Of a DNA stretch of 57,124 nucleotides, positions 45,130-54,600 are shown piece by piece; position 1 is the stretch's first letter, and each line of letters begins with the position of its first letter. The DNA is from Candidatus Omnitrophota bacterium (GTDB taxonomy: Bacteria > Omnitrophota > Omnitrophia > Omnitrophales > Danuiimicrobiaceae). The stretch is from NCBI GenBank assembly GCA_023247075.1, contig JAHFHD010000001.1, positions 1 through 57,124 on the forward strand. The letters run 5' to 3'. The notes beneath the pieces are model-generated. The model had not been told where the DNA came from, did no database searches, and saw nothing but the letters and a program-made list of their open reading frames with translations. A program made the translations under genes and the position numbers.

Positions 45130-45623
45130 GTAAGGATTCATCTTTTGACATTGTTTCAGAAGTTGATTTGCAAGAAGTTGACAACGCAGTAAATCAAGCG
45201 GCTAAAGAAATAGAAACCCGTTATGATTTCAAGGGAAGTCAGAGCGAAATTCAATTTGACCGCACAAAAAAAGAAATTAAAATTATTACACGGACAGACA
45301 TCCAACTGAAAAGTATCATTGAACTGCTGCATCAAAAATTGTCAAAACGCGGCGTTCCGATTAAAGCGCTCAAACTTAAAGAACCTGAGAAAACATTTGA
45401 CGGGAAGATGAGTCAGATGGGAGAAATTATTCAAGGCATTGAACACGAGCAGGCCAAAGAGTTGGTAAAAGGGATTAAAGAGCTAAAACTGAAGGTGCAG
45501 GCGTCAATTCAGGAAGACCGCATTCGCGTTTCTGGTAAAAGCAAGAACGATCTTCAAGTTGTCATTTCCACTGTTCACAGTATGAAGATTTCAATTCCAC
45601 TTCAATTTATTAATTACAGGTAA
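45126..45623 (+). CDS. yajQ: YajQ-family (UPF0234) nucleotide / c-di-GMP-binding protein
   Basis: SFDIVSEVDLQEVDNAVNQAAKEIETRYDFKG is the canonical YajQ N-terminus. The GTG start overlaps the PilZ stop (GTGA). Confidence 0.88.
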   Translation: MSKDSSFDIVSEVDLQEVDNAVNQAAKEIETRYDFKGSQSEIQFDRTKKEIKIITRTDIQLKSIIELLHQKLSKRGVPIKALKLKEPEKTFDGKMSQMGEIIQGIEHEQAKELVKGIKELKLKVQASIQEDRIRVSGKSKNDLQVVISTVHSMKISIPLQFINYR

Positions 45624-45638
45624 ACTTAGGACTGCCAA

Positions 45639-45893
45639 ATGCTTGGAGAATTCAGCAATTTTTTTGGAGATTTGAATCAGTTGCTCAAATTAGCAAAAAA
45701 ACCTGAGTTTCAGCAGTTTCTCGCAAACCCAAAAGTTCAGGAATTGATGAAGGATGAGTTGTTTCGAAAATTAGTTCAGGAAAAAAAATTCCTAAAACTT
45801 GCAACCCACAAGCAATTTCAAGAATTAATGCGTGACCCCGAAATACAGACTAGTCTAGAAAATTTAAAGCGAAATGCAAGCCATGCAAAATAA
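45639..45893 (+). CDS. Small helical protein with internal STI1/DP-like repeats, hypothetical
   Basis: This 84-aa protein carries two repeats: PEFQQFLANPKVQELMKDE and KQFQELMRDPEIQTSLENL. Confidence 0.45.
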   Translation: MLGEFSNFFGDLNQLLKLAKKPEFQQFLANPKVQELMKDELFRKLVQEKKFLKLATHKQFQELMRDPEIQTSLENLKRNASHAK

Positions 45894-45907
45894 ATTTAGT
45901 CGTTGCC

Positions 45908-45935
45908 TTGCAAATACAAGTTCATGTGTTATACT
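45908..45935 (+). promoter_or_regulatory. Sigma70-type promoter candidate for the second PilZ gene
   Basis: It consists of TTGCAA (45908-45913), a 16-nt spacer and TATACT (45930-45935). Confidence 0.5.
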
Positions 45936-46042
45936 TTCTTTAGTAGTTAAGAAAGTAGCTATAACTCGTTTAATTTAAATGAGTTATAAGTTTTAGTGCT
46001 TAAAAGTGTGAACTAAAATAGCAGAACTTGATGGAGGAAGTC

Positions 46043-46435
46043 ATGGACAAAGACAAGAGAAAATTTAAGCGGTTTGATGCATTTATGAATGTGCATTTTC
46101 GAAGTCAGGAGGCAAAAGCTCATGAGGGCTCGGGGCTTTCTAGGGATTTGTCGCGTGAAGGGATTAAGGTCAATACGATTGAACCGCTCAAAGCTGGAGA
46201 TTTAATTGATTTGGAAATTCATATTCCAGATGACACCGCACCAGTTAAGACAACAGCAAAAGTGTTATGGAAGAAAACATGTGACGGCAAAGATCAGGGA
46301 ATGGATTACGGTGTAACCTTTCTCGCAATGGATCCAGTAGACAAATTTCGGGTTCTTGATTATGCCTACAATTATTGGCTTGAAACAAAAGTCAATGATT
46401 TTTCAGATCCAGAGCAGCTTAAAGATTTAGCTTAG
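46043..46435 (+). CDS. Single-domain PilZ protein (putative c-di-GMP receptor)
   Basis: It has RxxxR (RKFKR) and DxSxxG (RDLSREG) motifs. A GGAGGA RBS lies 4 nt before the ATG at 46043; the track start at 46028 is a TTG. Confidence 0.75.
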   Translation: MDKDKRKFKRFDAFMNVHFRSQEAKAHEGSGLSRDLSREGIKVNTIEPLKAGDLIDLEIHIPDDTAPVKTTAKVLWKKTCDGKDQGMDYGVTFLAMDPVDKFRVLDYAYNYWLETKVNDFSDPEQLKDLA

Positions 46436-46528
46436 CGATTCCTCAAAAACTCATTTTACAGTTTTAAGTAGACGCACTTTCTGGCGCGCACCATATTTAA
46501 AAGTCTTACAACCAAAACCTTCCTAACC

Positions 46529-48019
46529 GTGCGAGCAAAATACCTTCTGGCTATTGATCAAGGAACTACCGGCACCCGCGCAATCATTTATGATTGCTAC
46601 GGCCTTCCCAAAGCACGCGCCTACCAAGAATTTAAACAATATTTTCCAAAACCTGGATGGGTTGAACACGATCCACTGGAAATTATTCGTTCGGTTAAAC
46701 GTGTTGTGTTTCAAGCTATTGGGATGGCTCGAATTAAGGGAAATGTGATTCATGCAATTGGCATTACGAATCAAAGAGAGACAATTGTTCTGTGGGAACG
46801 AAAAACCGGATTGCCTATTGGACGCGCAATTGTTTGGCAGGACCGAAGAACGGCAGACCTTTGTGCGTCTTTGAAGAAAGCGGGGAAAGAATCTTTTGTG
46901 CGGAATCGGACGGGTTTATTTTTTGATCCCTATTTTTCAGGAACAAAATTAACCTGGTTGTTTCAGCATAATCCAAGCCTCAAAAAACAGGCTGAAGCAG
47001 GAGAAGTTTGTTTTGGGACTATTGATAGTTGGATTCTGTATTGCTTGACGCAGGGAGTGAGCCATGCGACTGACTACACCAATGCATCACGCACGCTTCT
47101 TTTTAATTTGCGAACCAAATGCTGGGACAATGAGCTTTTAAAAATTTTTCGAATTCCTTCTAAAATTTTGCCGGAGGCAAAAGCATCAAACTCACTTTTT
47201 GGACAAGTAAAAAATTTCTACCCCCTCCAAAATGGAACCCCAATCCATGCCATAATGGGCGACCAGCAGTCGGCGCTTTATGGCGAGTCTTGCTACAAAC
47301 CCGGAACATCAAAGACAACGTACGGAACTGGATGCTTTCTTTTGGTTAATACAGGAAAAAAATTAGTTCATTCAAAATCAGGGTTAATTACAACTCTGGC
47401 TTGTGACAAAACTGGAAATCCAGTGTATGCACTTGAAGCGGCGATTTTTATTGGCGGTGCTGTCATCCAGTGGCTGAGAGATGGGCTTCAATTGATCAAA
47501 AGCGCCCACGAAACTGAGCGGCTTGCACTAAAAGCTCCTGCCGATGACGACCTCATCTTGATTCCAGCATTTACGGGACTCGGAGCTCCGCATTGGCGAC
47601 CAGATGTGCGTGGCGTACTTTTTGGTCTGACGCGCGGCACAAATCGTGAGGCAATTGCGAAAGCTGCTTTAAAGTCAATTGCACATCAAGTTGAAAACAT
47701 CTTTGACTTGGTTCGAAAAGATGCAAAGCTTAAAATCCCAGCGCTTAAAGTAGATGGCGGAGCAACGGAAAATAAATACTTAATGCAATACCAGGCAGAT
47801 TTACTTGGCATTCCAGTCTTGAAAGCTCGACTGCAAGAGTCAACCGCTTGGGGAGTTGCGAAGCTAACCGGTCTCGCTTCAGGATTTTGGTCGACTTCGC
47901 AGGGAATTGAAAAGCAAGAACGGTATGTAAAATTTTCCCCGAAAATGAACAAAAACATTCGGCAGAACTTGATTCAGAAATGGCGAAAAGCAATTCAACG
48001 TTTGATCAGCACCCCGTAG
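46529..48019 (+). CDS. glpK: Glycerol kinase
   Basis: Motifs are YLLAIDQGTTGTRAIIY, GITNQRET, GDQQSALYG and VDGGATEN. The start is a GTG. Confidence 0.95.
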   Translation: MRAKYLLAIDQGTTGTRAIIYDCYGLPKARAYQEFKQYFPKPGWVEHDPLEIIRSVKRVVFQAIGMARIKGNVIHAIGITNQRETIVLWERKTGLPIGRAIVWQDRRTADLCASLKKAGKESFVRNRTGLFFDPYFSGTKLTWLFQHNPSLKKQAEAGEVCFGTIDSWILYCLTQGVSHATDYTNASRTLLFNLRTKCWDNELLKIFRIPSKILPEAKASNSLFGQVKNFYPLQNGTPIHAIMGDQQSALYGESCYKPGTSKTTYGTGCFLLVNTGKKLVHSKSGLITTLACDKTGNPVYALEAAIFIGGAVIQWLRDGLQLIKSAHETERLALKAPADDDLILIPAFTGLGAPHWRPDVRGVLFGLTRGTNREAIAKAALKSIAHQVENIFDLVRKDAKLKIPALKVDGGATENKYLMQYQADLLGIPVLKARLQESTAWGVAKLTGLASGFWSTSQGIEKQERYVKFSPKMNKNIRQNLIQKWRKAIQRLISTP

Positions 48020-48099
48020 TTACTGGTCTTCTCCTCCCCAATTCAAAGTTACCTAAAATTACCATTGATTGAACAAATACTATACCTAACGAAACTCAA

Positions 48100-48946
48100 A
48101 AGGTCTTTTGTTCCCTGATAACCCTCACCAGTAAGTCCAAGAGCGTCCACAGCCTTTCATCCATGCTCGCATTCGGCCCCAGCCGCGGCAAACACGTCGA
48201 AGCTACGCTTAAGACTTTTGATCCTGCCACCAAACGATTTATCACAGGCCATCAATTTGTAACCGGCACCCTTTACTGCCGGGGTCTCACGATCCCCTTT
48301 GGGATCCGTCTGCATCTGAACAAGATCTCGGCCCAAGTGCTGAAACAGCCCCATAAGAAATTAACATCTCTGGCCTCTGAAATCATCCAGGCTCTGGATC
48401 TTCCCAGATTTTGGAAAGGCAAAGTCTATTGTCTGATCGTTACGGCCTATTTCAATAAATCCACGCTTCAGGCCGCCAAATCCAAAGGATCCTTTGTCAT
48501 CGGAGCACTGAAAAAAAACTGAAATCTCCTAATCCGTGGCCGCCAAAGAAAAATCATGGCCATTGCTTCCACGGATCTGTCCATCTCTGCGGCTTTAATC
48601 ATCCTTTATTACACATTCCACTAGACCATTGAAGTCTGGTTTAAACAGGCTAAACAGCATCTTTGGCTTGGTGCACTCCACCGGACACGGTGGCAAGGGG
48701 TAGTCAAACACCTGCACCTTCGGCCTCCTGACCCACTTGGCATTACTTGGTGAAAAAGGCAAACTACTCGGAACCCATGCTGCCTACTCTGTGTTACCAA
48801 TTCGATTGGAACTTCGCGGACTTTTTCTCCGGGATTCCATCGATTACTTTATTGAGAAAGAACTAAACCAAAAACTTTCAACCGACATCGTCGAACTGAA
48901 AAACTTTCTGTTTGAAAACAATGAACTACTACAAAACGCCGTCTAA
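48100..48946 (+). pseudogene. Decayed DDE transposase (IS4/IS701-like) remnant
   Basis: Three fragments lie in different frames: 48163-48522, about 48530-48730, and 48737-48946. The Y-x2-R-W-x-I-E-x2-F-x3-K region reads YYTFH*TIEVWFKQAK, with TAG where the W codon is expected. A further shift occurs at about 48720 (FGLLTHLALLGEKG). Confidence 0.65.
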
Positions 48947-49061
48947 AAAACGGCCAGGTTGAGTAATCTACAAGTGTTGGAATCGACACCTCCTCGGGTC
49001 GTTTGCCAACGGATCGTCAATTTCTCCGGTTAACCTGCGTGTTTGATGTGCTTAACCCATT

Positions 49062-49089
49062 TTGCAAAGATTCAGATTCAACTTATAAT
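49062..49089 (+). promoter_or_regulatory. Sigma70-type promoter candidate of the MNT/HepT cassette
   Basis: TTGCAA (49062-49067), a 16-nt spacer and TATAAT (49084-49089) lie 21 nt before the ATG at 49111. Confidence 0.5.
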
Positions 49090-49110
49090 GGGACAGTAGT
49101 GGGTGATTTT

Positions 49111-49400
49111 ATGAAACTCAATGAAAGAGTCCAAGGACACAGGCAAGAAATTCTTTCTCTTGCTCAAAAATACGGCGCAAGAAACATCCGAATTTTTGGA
49201 TCTGTGGCGAGAGGCGATACGCAGAAAGATAGTGATATCGATGTGTTTGTGGATTTGGAATCGGGACGCAGCCTTCTTGACCACGGAGGTCTCTTAATGG
49301 ATCTTCAGGATCTCCTGGGTTGCCGTGTTGACGTCGTTACAGCAAAGGGGCTCGGGAGAGAATCAGAAGCAGAGTCCTGAAGGAGTCAGTGCCTTTATGA
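49111..49400 (+). pseudogene. MNT-type nucleotidyltransferase antitoxin (MntA-like), frameshifted near the 3' end
   Basis: It has the NTase core [23 protein letters not shown]. The expected C-terminus [15 protein letters not shown] is present only in a different frame from about 49350 and ends at the TGA at 49398-49400. Confidence 0.7.
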
Positions 49401-49626
49401 GAGATGATAAGGAACGGCTCAGGAATATTGCTGAGGCAACCCGTTCTTGATCAACTGAATTCAGAGAGAAACACTCTGACGTTGATTGGTCGAAGATCAT
49501 CCGAATGAGAAACATTTTAGTTCATAATTATTTTGGCATTGATATTGATGTGGTCTGAGTGCGGTTGAACGAGACCTCCCTGAATTGAAGCGAAAAATTA
49601 AAACTCTCTTACAGGGCAAGGACTGA
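49397..49626 (+). pseudogene. HepT (DUF86) toxin remnant, internally deleted/frameshifted with stops
   Basis: It starts MRDDKERLRNIAEA, overlapping the MNT stop (ATGA). The RNILVHNYFGIDIDVV* segment has TGA where the conserved W is expected. The tail LPELKRKIKTLLQGKD* is in yet another frame. Confidence 0.65.
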
Positions 49627-49693
49627 GTTTTAAAAAAGTCGTTTACCAATCAACCTATTTCCTCTACCTGAGTTGGGGTACTCCTTTATTATT

Positions 49694-49759
49694 GTCAGTT
49701 AAGATTCAAAATGGACAATCTAAATTCCTTTAAAACTGTCCATTTGAATCTTAACTGAC
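49694..49759. repeat. Long near-perfect inverted repeat (23/24-bp stem, 19-nt loop)
   Basis: GTCAGTTAAGATTCAAAATGGACA (49694-49717) pairs with TGTCCATTTGAATCTTAACTGAC (49737-49759), with a one-nt bulge. Confidence 0.8.
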
Positions 49760-49785
49760 ACCCCAATAGAACCCAATAGAACCTA

Positions 49786-49814
49786 TTGACGACCTAAATC
49801 CTGTGTGTTACTCT
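49786..49814 (+). promoter_or_regulatory. Promoter candidate for the TPS operon, preceded by a CAATAG repeat array
   Basis: It consists of TTGACG (49786-49791), a 17-nt spacer and TGtTACTCT (extended -10, 49806-49814). Immediately upstream are tandem CCCAATAGAA x2 (49762-49781) plus an inverted CTATTG. Confidence 0.4.
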
Positions 49815-49855
49815 ACCGCCCTGTCAAAATTAGTATCTCCGCTTTTATCCAAAAC

Positions 49856-51622
49856 ATGAAACTTATTCAAGTGCTTAGAAATACATTTTTTTTTAGCCCG
49901 CCTAAAATTTTTGCCGCATGGGTGGTTGCTTTTACATTGGTTTTTTTAACGACCCCTCCTCTCCACGCGCAGGATACAGAACGTGAAACAGCCGGCGCAG
50001 AACAGGCTCGTTTTGAAAAGGAATTGCAGCTTGAAGAAGAAACCCGTTCTACGGACAGTAAGGTAGCCGAAAAAAAATCTGTCATTGAAGAAGGAAGGAT
50101 CCAACCGGAACCGGCGCTTCAGAATGATGTGACTTTTATCCTGAAGGATATTATTTTTTTTGGTAATGAGCATATTTCTTCCGCTCAACTTAAAAAGTGT
50201 GGCGGGAACCATATCGGCGTTGAGGTCAATCTTGAAAGTTTGAAAAAAATCGCAGATGAAATCAAACAGTATTACCGTGATAAGGGCTATATCGCTGCGT
50301 ATGTGTATCTGCCTCCCCAAGATGTGATGGAAGGTGTAGTGACGATTGACGTGGTCGAAGGCAAGCTGGGCCAGGTGGACATTCAGGGAAATAAGTGGGT
50401 CTCAACCCGAACGCTCCGTAGAAATTTTGGAACGAAGTCAGGCCAGATTGTTTTCCTCAACAATCTTCAAACAGCCCTTCGTTTTTTAAATGCCAATCGC
50501 AGTATTCAGGCCACGGCTGTTTTAAAGCCCGGGGCAGAACCTCAAACCACCGATCTTGAATTGAATGTCAAAGATCAATTTCCTTTGCATGTCACCACCG
50601 ACGTGAATAATTTGGGTACGGACAACACCGGGAAAAATCGCTGGGGTCTCATGCTGCATGATACAAATGTGCTGGGTCAAATGGATGAGGCCTTCGCCCG
50701 TGTTCAATTAGGCAAAGGATTGTGGTCGGTAGGTTCTGACTACAACATACCTATTAATAGGCAGCACACGCGGGTGGGTTTTTCTTATATTCGCTCGTCC
50801 GTGGATGTGGGAGGTCCTTTTAAAGATCTGGGTGTTGAGGGGAGTGCCTCCACTTATTCCCTGTATGTGACCCAGCCGGTTTATTCCACGGAATGGCTTG
50901 AGACTTCTTTTCAGGGCGGGTTTGACTGGAAGAGTGTTGAAAATAGGAGCCTTGGGCGTGTGTCGGGTAAAGATGAGTTTCGTATTATGGATCTAGCATT
51001 CGCGGCAAAGGAAAATGACCGCTATGGCCGCACCCTTCTGCCGCAATCGGTACATTTTGGTTTTGATAGTTTTCTCGGCGCTTCCAATAAAGTGGACAGC
51101 GGATCCACGCGGGCTCAGACAGGAGGACAATTTTTTATTTATCGTGGTTCACTCATTCGTTATCAAAAACTTCCTCTTGAAATGATGTATTCAATGCGTA
51201 CGGTATGGCAGCTGACTCCGGACCGTCTTGCCCCTTCGGAGCAGTTTCGCTTGGGAGGCGCGTTCAGTGTTCGCGGGTATCCGGAAGGGGATTATCTCGG
51301 GGATCAAGGGGCTTTTATTTCGCAAGAGGTGTTTGTACCTTCCTATATATTTCCACCCAAATGGCAGCTTCCGTATTCAAGTGAGCCTTTATATAAACAG
51401 GTCCAGGTGGTGGGTTTTTTTGATTTTGGTGGGGGATCGCTCAATCGTCCTCTTGCGGCAGAGGATAAAAGAAAACACTCGGCAGGTCTTGGCGGTGGTT
51501 TACGGATTCATCTTTTTGACAGAGTCTTTGCCCGTTTCCAATGGGCCGGCCGTGTGGGATCCAAATCTTCTGATGGAAACAACAGCGTTTTCTACTACGG
51601 AATTTCCATAGAAATGTTATAG
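49856..51622 (+). CDS. ShlB/FhaC/HecB-family two-partner-secretion outer-membrane transporter (TpsB)
   Basis: It has a signal peptide (AAWVVAFTLVFLTTPPLHAQ). The POTRA region reads ILKDIIFFGNEHISSAQL...YYRDKGYIAAYVYLPPQDVMEGVVTIDVVEGKLGQVDIQGNKW. The C-terminal beta-barrel ends in F/Y-rich strands. I preferred the ATG at 49856 to the track's GTG at 49805. Confidence 0.85.
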   Translation: MKLIQVLRNTFFFSPPKIFAAWVVAFTLVFLTTPPLHAQDTERETAGAEQARFEKELQLEEETRSTDSKVAEKKSVIEEGRIQPEPALQNDVTFILKDIIFFGNEHISSAQLKKCGGNHIGVEVNLESLKKIADEIKQYYRDKGYIAAYVYLPPQDVMEGVVTIDVVEGKLGQVDIQGNKWVSTRTLRRNFGTKSGQIVFLNNLQTALRFLNANRSIQATAVLKPGAEPQTTDLELNVKDQFPLHVTTDVNNLGTDNTGKNRWGLMLHDTNVLGQMDEAFARVQLGKGLWSVGSDYNIPINRQHTRVGFSYIRSSVDVGGPFKDLGVEGSASTYSLYVTQPVYSTEWLETSFQGGFDWKSVENRSLGRVSGKDEFRIMDLAFAAKENDRYGRTLLPQSVHFGFDSFLGASNKVDSGSTRAQTGGQFFIYRGSLIRYQKLPLEMMYSMRTVWQLTPDRLAPSEQFRLGGAFSVRGYPEGDYLGDQGAFISQEVFVPSYIFPPKWQLPYSSEPLYKQVQVVGFFDFGGGSLNRPLAAEDKRKHSAGLGGGLRIHLFDRVFARFQWAGRVGSKSSDGNNSVFYYGISIEML

Positions 51623-51696
51623 GTCATGAAGGTATTTTCTTAATATCAATGCATCATCAATCGTTCCAATCTGATTCATTTAGGAGTAGACATTTT

Positions 51697-54600
51697 TTGA
51701 AAAAAACTCTAGCGTTCCTGCTCTTACTGGCGTTCATTCATTTGACGTCCTATTCCATCGCGGTGCAGGCAGATCCTTCTTCCATACCTGAAGAACCGGC
51801 TGCTGTCACGGCGGATTTTTCAGCAGGAGCAGGGGAGCTGCCTTCTATCCCGTCCGCAGACTCCGCCACGCCCATTCCCGAGCCCGAGCCTTCTATTATT
51901 GTAGACTTTTCCGTGGCAGCAAATCCTGAATTACCATCCCTTCCGAAACCCGCGACTCTTTTAATTCCAGAAGAGACGACCTATGCTGTGAACACCCTTT
52001 TGGTAGGTGAAAATCAACAATTAAGTATTGGGGTTGTCAATGCCATCGGAGAATTATGTCCTTCCTGCCGCGCTATTTTGGAAACGGGTTCATTCGTGAA
52101 TAATGGACAAATCGATATAGTCGGTATTCTTGCCATCATTGCTCCTGTCATCATTAATAATGGAAACATCACGGTTGCGGGAGATCTTCTGCTTTCCAAT
52201 TTAGGCATTAACAAAGAGCAATTTTTTGCAGGGGTAGCAGCGTTAGCGAAGGATCCTGACATGAAACCGGGATTTATTCTTAACAATGGTGAAATTAATA
52301 ACCTCACCAAAGGTCTGACTGCTCTGGTGGGATCCAGGGGAGGAGTTCATAATTTTGGAACTATTGCTTCGAAGGGAGGAGTGGTAGGTCTTCTTGCGGG
52401 AGAAAGACTGAGCTTTCCGTTGACTTCCGATGGACTGCTTTCCGTGAATATTCAAGAGGGGGTCCCGATTCAAGCTGATGTTTATGATGCGCAGGGCAAT
52501 CTCATTCATCCCGAGGGTTTGATTACCAATAGCGGTACGATTCAGGCAAACGGTGGTTTGGTGGTTTTAAGCGCAGCTGCAAAACAAGAAGCGCTGAATA
52601 ACGTCATCAACCAAACAGGTATCATCGAAGCCAATACCCTTGAAAAGGTGGGAGGAAGAATTATTCTGAATGGCGGCCCTTCGGGTGTGGTGCGTGTTCA
52701 GGGAGTTCTCAATGCACGCGGCAGTCAAGTGGGCGAAAAGGGCGGTAAAATTAATATCCTGGGTGAAAAGGTCGGGCTCTTTGCAGGTACCCTGATTGAC
52801 GTTTCAGGTTATGCGGGTGGAGGCGAGGTTCTTGTCGGTGGAGACTATCAGGGTTTAGGGACAGTTTCCAATGCCCTTTATACCTATATGGATCCTTTGG
52901 CTTCTATTAATGCTAATGCCATTCTTGAAGGGAGCGGAGGAAGAGTCATTGTGTGGTCGGATCATTCCACCCGGGTTTATGGTTCGATCAGTGCCAAGGG
53001 CGGCGCACTTAGCGGCGACGGAGGATTCGTCGAAACCTCAGGTAAGGAATTTTTGGATGTCAGCGAGAGCGATGTGAATGCGGGTGCAGTAAATGGAAAG
53101 GCCGGCTCCTGGCTTCTTGATCCAAGGAATGTCACGGTGGTCGCGGGTTCTGGATCTACGAATCCTTCCGGATATGCGGGGGGCGTATTTACTCCAAGTG
53201 CAGATACTGCGACCGTAGGAGCCGATACGATTCGGGATTCTTTAAACGCTGGAACTAATGTGGAAATTAATACTGGGACAACCGGAACCGTCCAGGCCGG
53301 AAATATTACCGTGAGTTCGCTGATTCAAATGACAGTAAATCCTGGCGTTGCTGTGCAGCTTCTTCTCAAGGCTGCGAATGACATTGGTATTAATGCTGGC
53401 ACCGGAATCACTTCTCTGGGAGTTGCCATTTTAAATATTATTATTCAAGCCGACAGTGATGGAAACGGGTCTGGCACCGCGACGATTAGCGCGGGTATCA
53501 ACACAAACGGTGGCAGTCTTCAAATTATGGCCGATGATCTGGTGATGACCGGGATTCTCGACAGCGGGGCTGGTGTAATCAGTATTTTATCGTCGAACAA
53601 TCAAACGATAGGCTTTGGAGCAACTTCAGGAGGACTGACCGTGAGCGGTGCCGAGCTTCAAAATATCACCACGTCCGGCGGTCTTACAATCGGTGATTCA
53701 ACCAATGGCAATATCACGGTGAACGGAATTAATTCTACGAATAGCGCCAATGTTACGGGAACGCTTACCTTGAATGCGACGCAGGCTGGCAGCAATGTGA
53801 CATTTTCAAACAGTGATTCCACGTTCAAAACTTTAGTGGTCAATGCGGCAGACGGTGTTACGGCGAATCGAAGTGTGACTACAAATAGTAATGGCATTAC
53901 GATCAACACAGATTCAGATGCCAATGGGGTGGGGGATTTGACAGTCGCTTCCAGCAGGACGGTTAATTCCGGGAATAAGCCGCTGAATATTACCGCCAAT
54001 GATGTCTCGCTGAGCGGTAATTTGAATTCCGGAATTGCAACGACAACATTGCTTATTTCTGATGGTGGGACCATGGGGTTGGGTTCGACCGCAGGGAACT
54101 GGACACTTTCCGGTGCAGAGCTTCAGAACATTACGGCGAATGGTCTGGCCATCGGAAATAATACAAATGGGAATATTACAGTCAACAACATCACGGCCGG
54201 CAATAGCAATAATATTTCAGGGACCCTGACATTGAATGCAACGGGAAGTGGGAAGAGCATTATTTTTTCCGGCAATGCCTCGACGTTTAATGCGTTGAGC
54301 GCCAATGCAGATGACGGGATTTCTATTTCTCAGAATATCACGACGGATACGGGGAACCTTGCGCTCAATGGTGACTTTGACAATGCGGTTGATACGAGCG
54401 ATAAGATCAACATTACCTCGAGTGGTCGAACGCTGACATCAGCTGGAACGATGACGCTGTCCGCGGCGACTGGAAATATTATAGACTCCGGGTCTCTGAC
54501 GCTGAACGCGGATAATGGGATCATCCTGAGTCAAGCGCTGACTACCAGTGGTACGACGAGCATAAATTCGGATGCGGATGGGAATGGAAGTGGAGATTTG

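Noticed and set aside
45936-46042. A c-di-GMP riboswitch (GEMM-I/II) in the PilZ leader.
   Set aside because: The conserved GEMM cores (GGCAAACC / GGGACGCAAAGCC-type) are not visible. Only generic AT-rich hairpins are present. I kept it as a structured-leader observation only.
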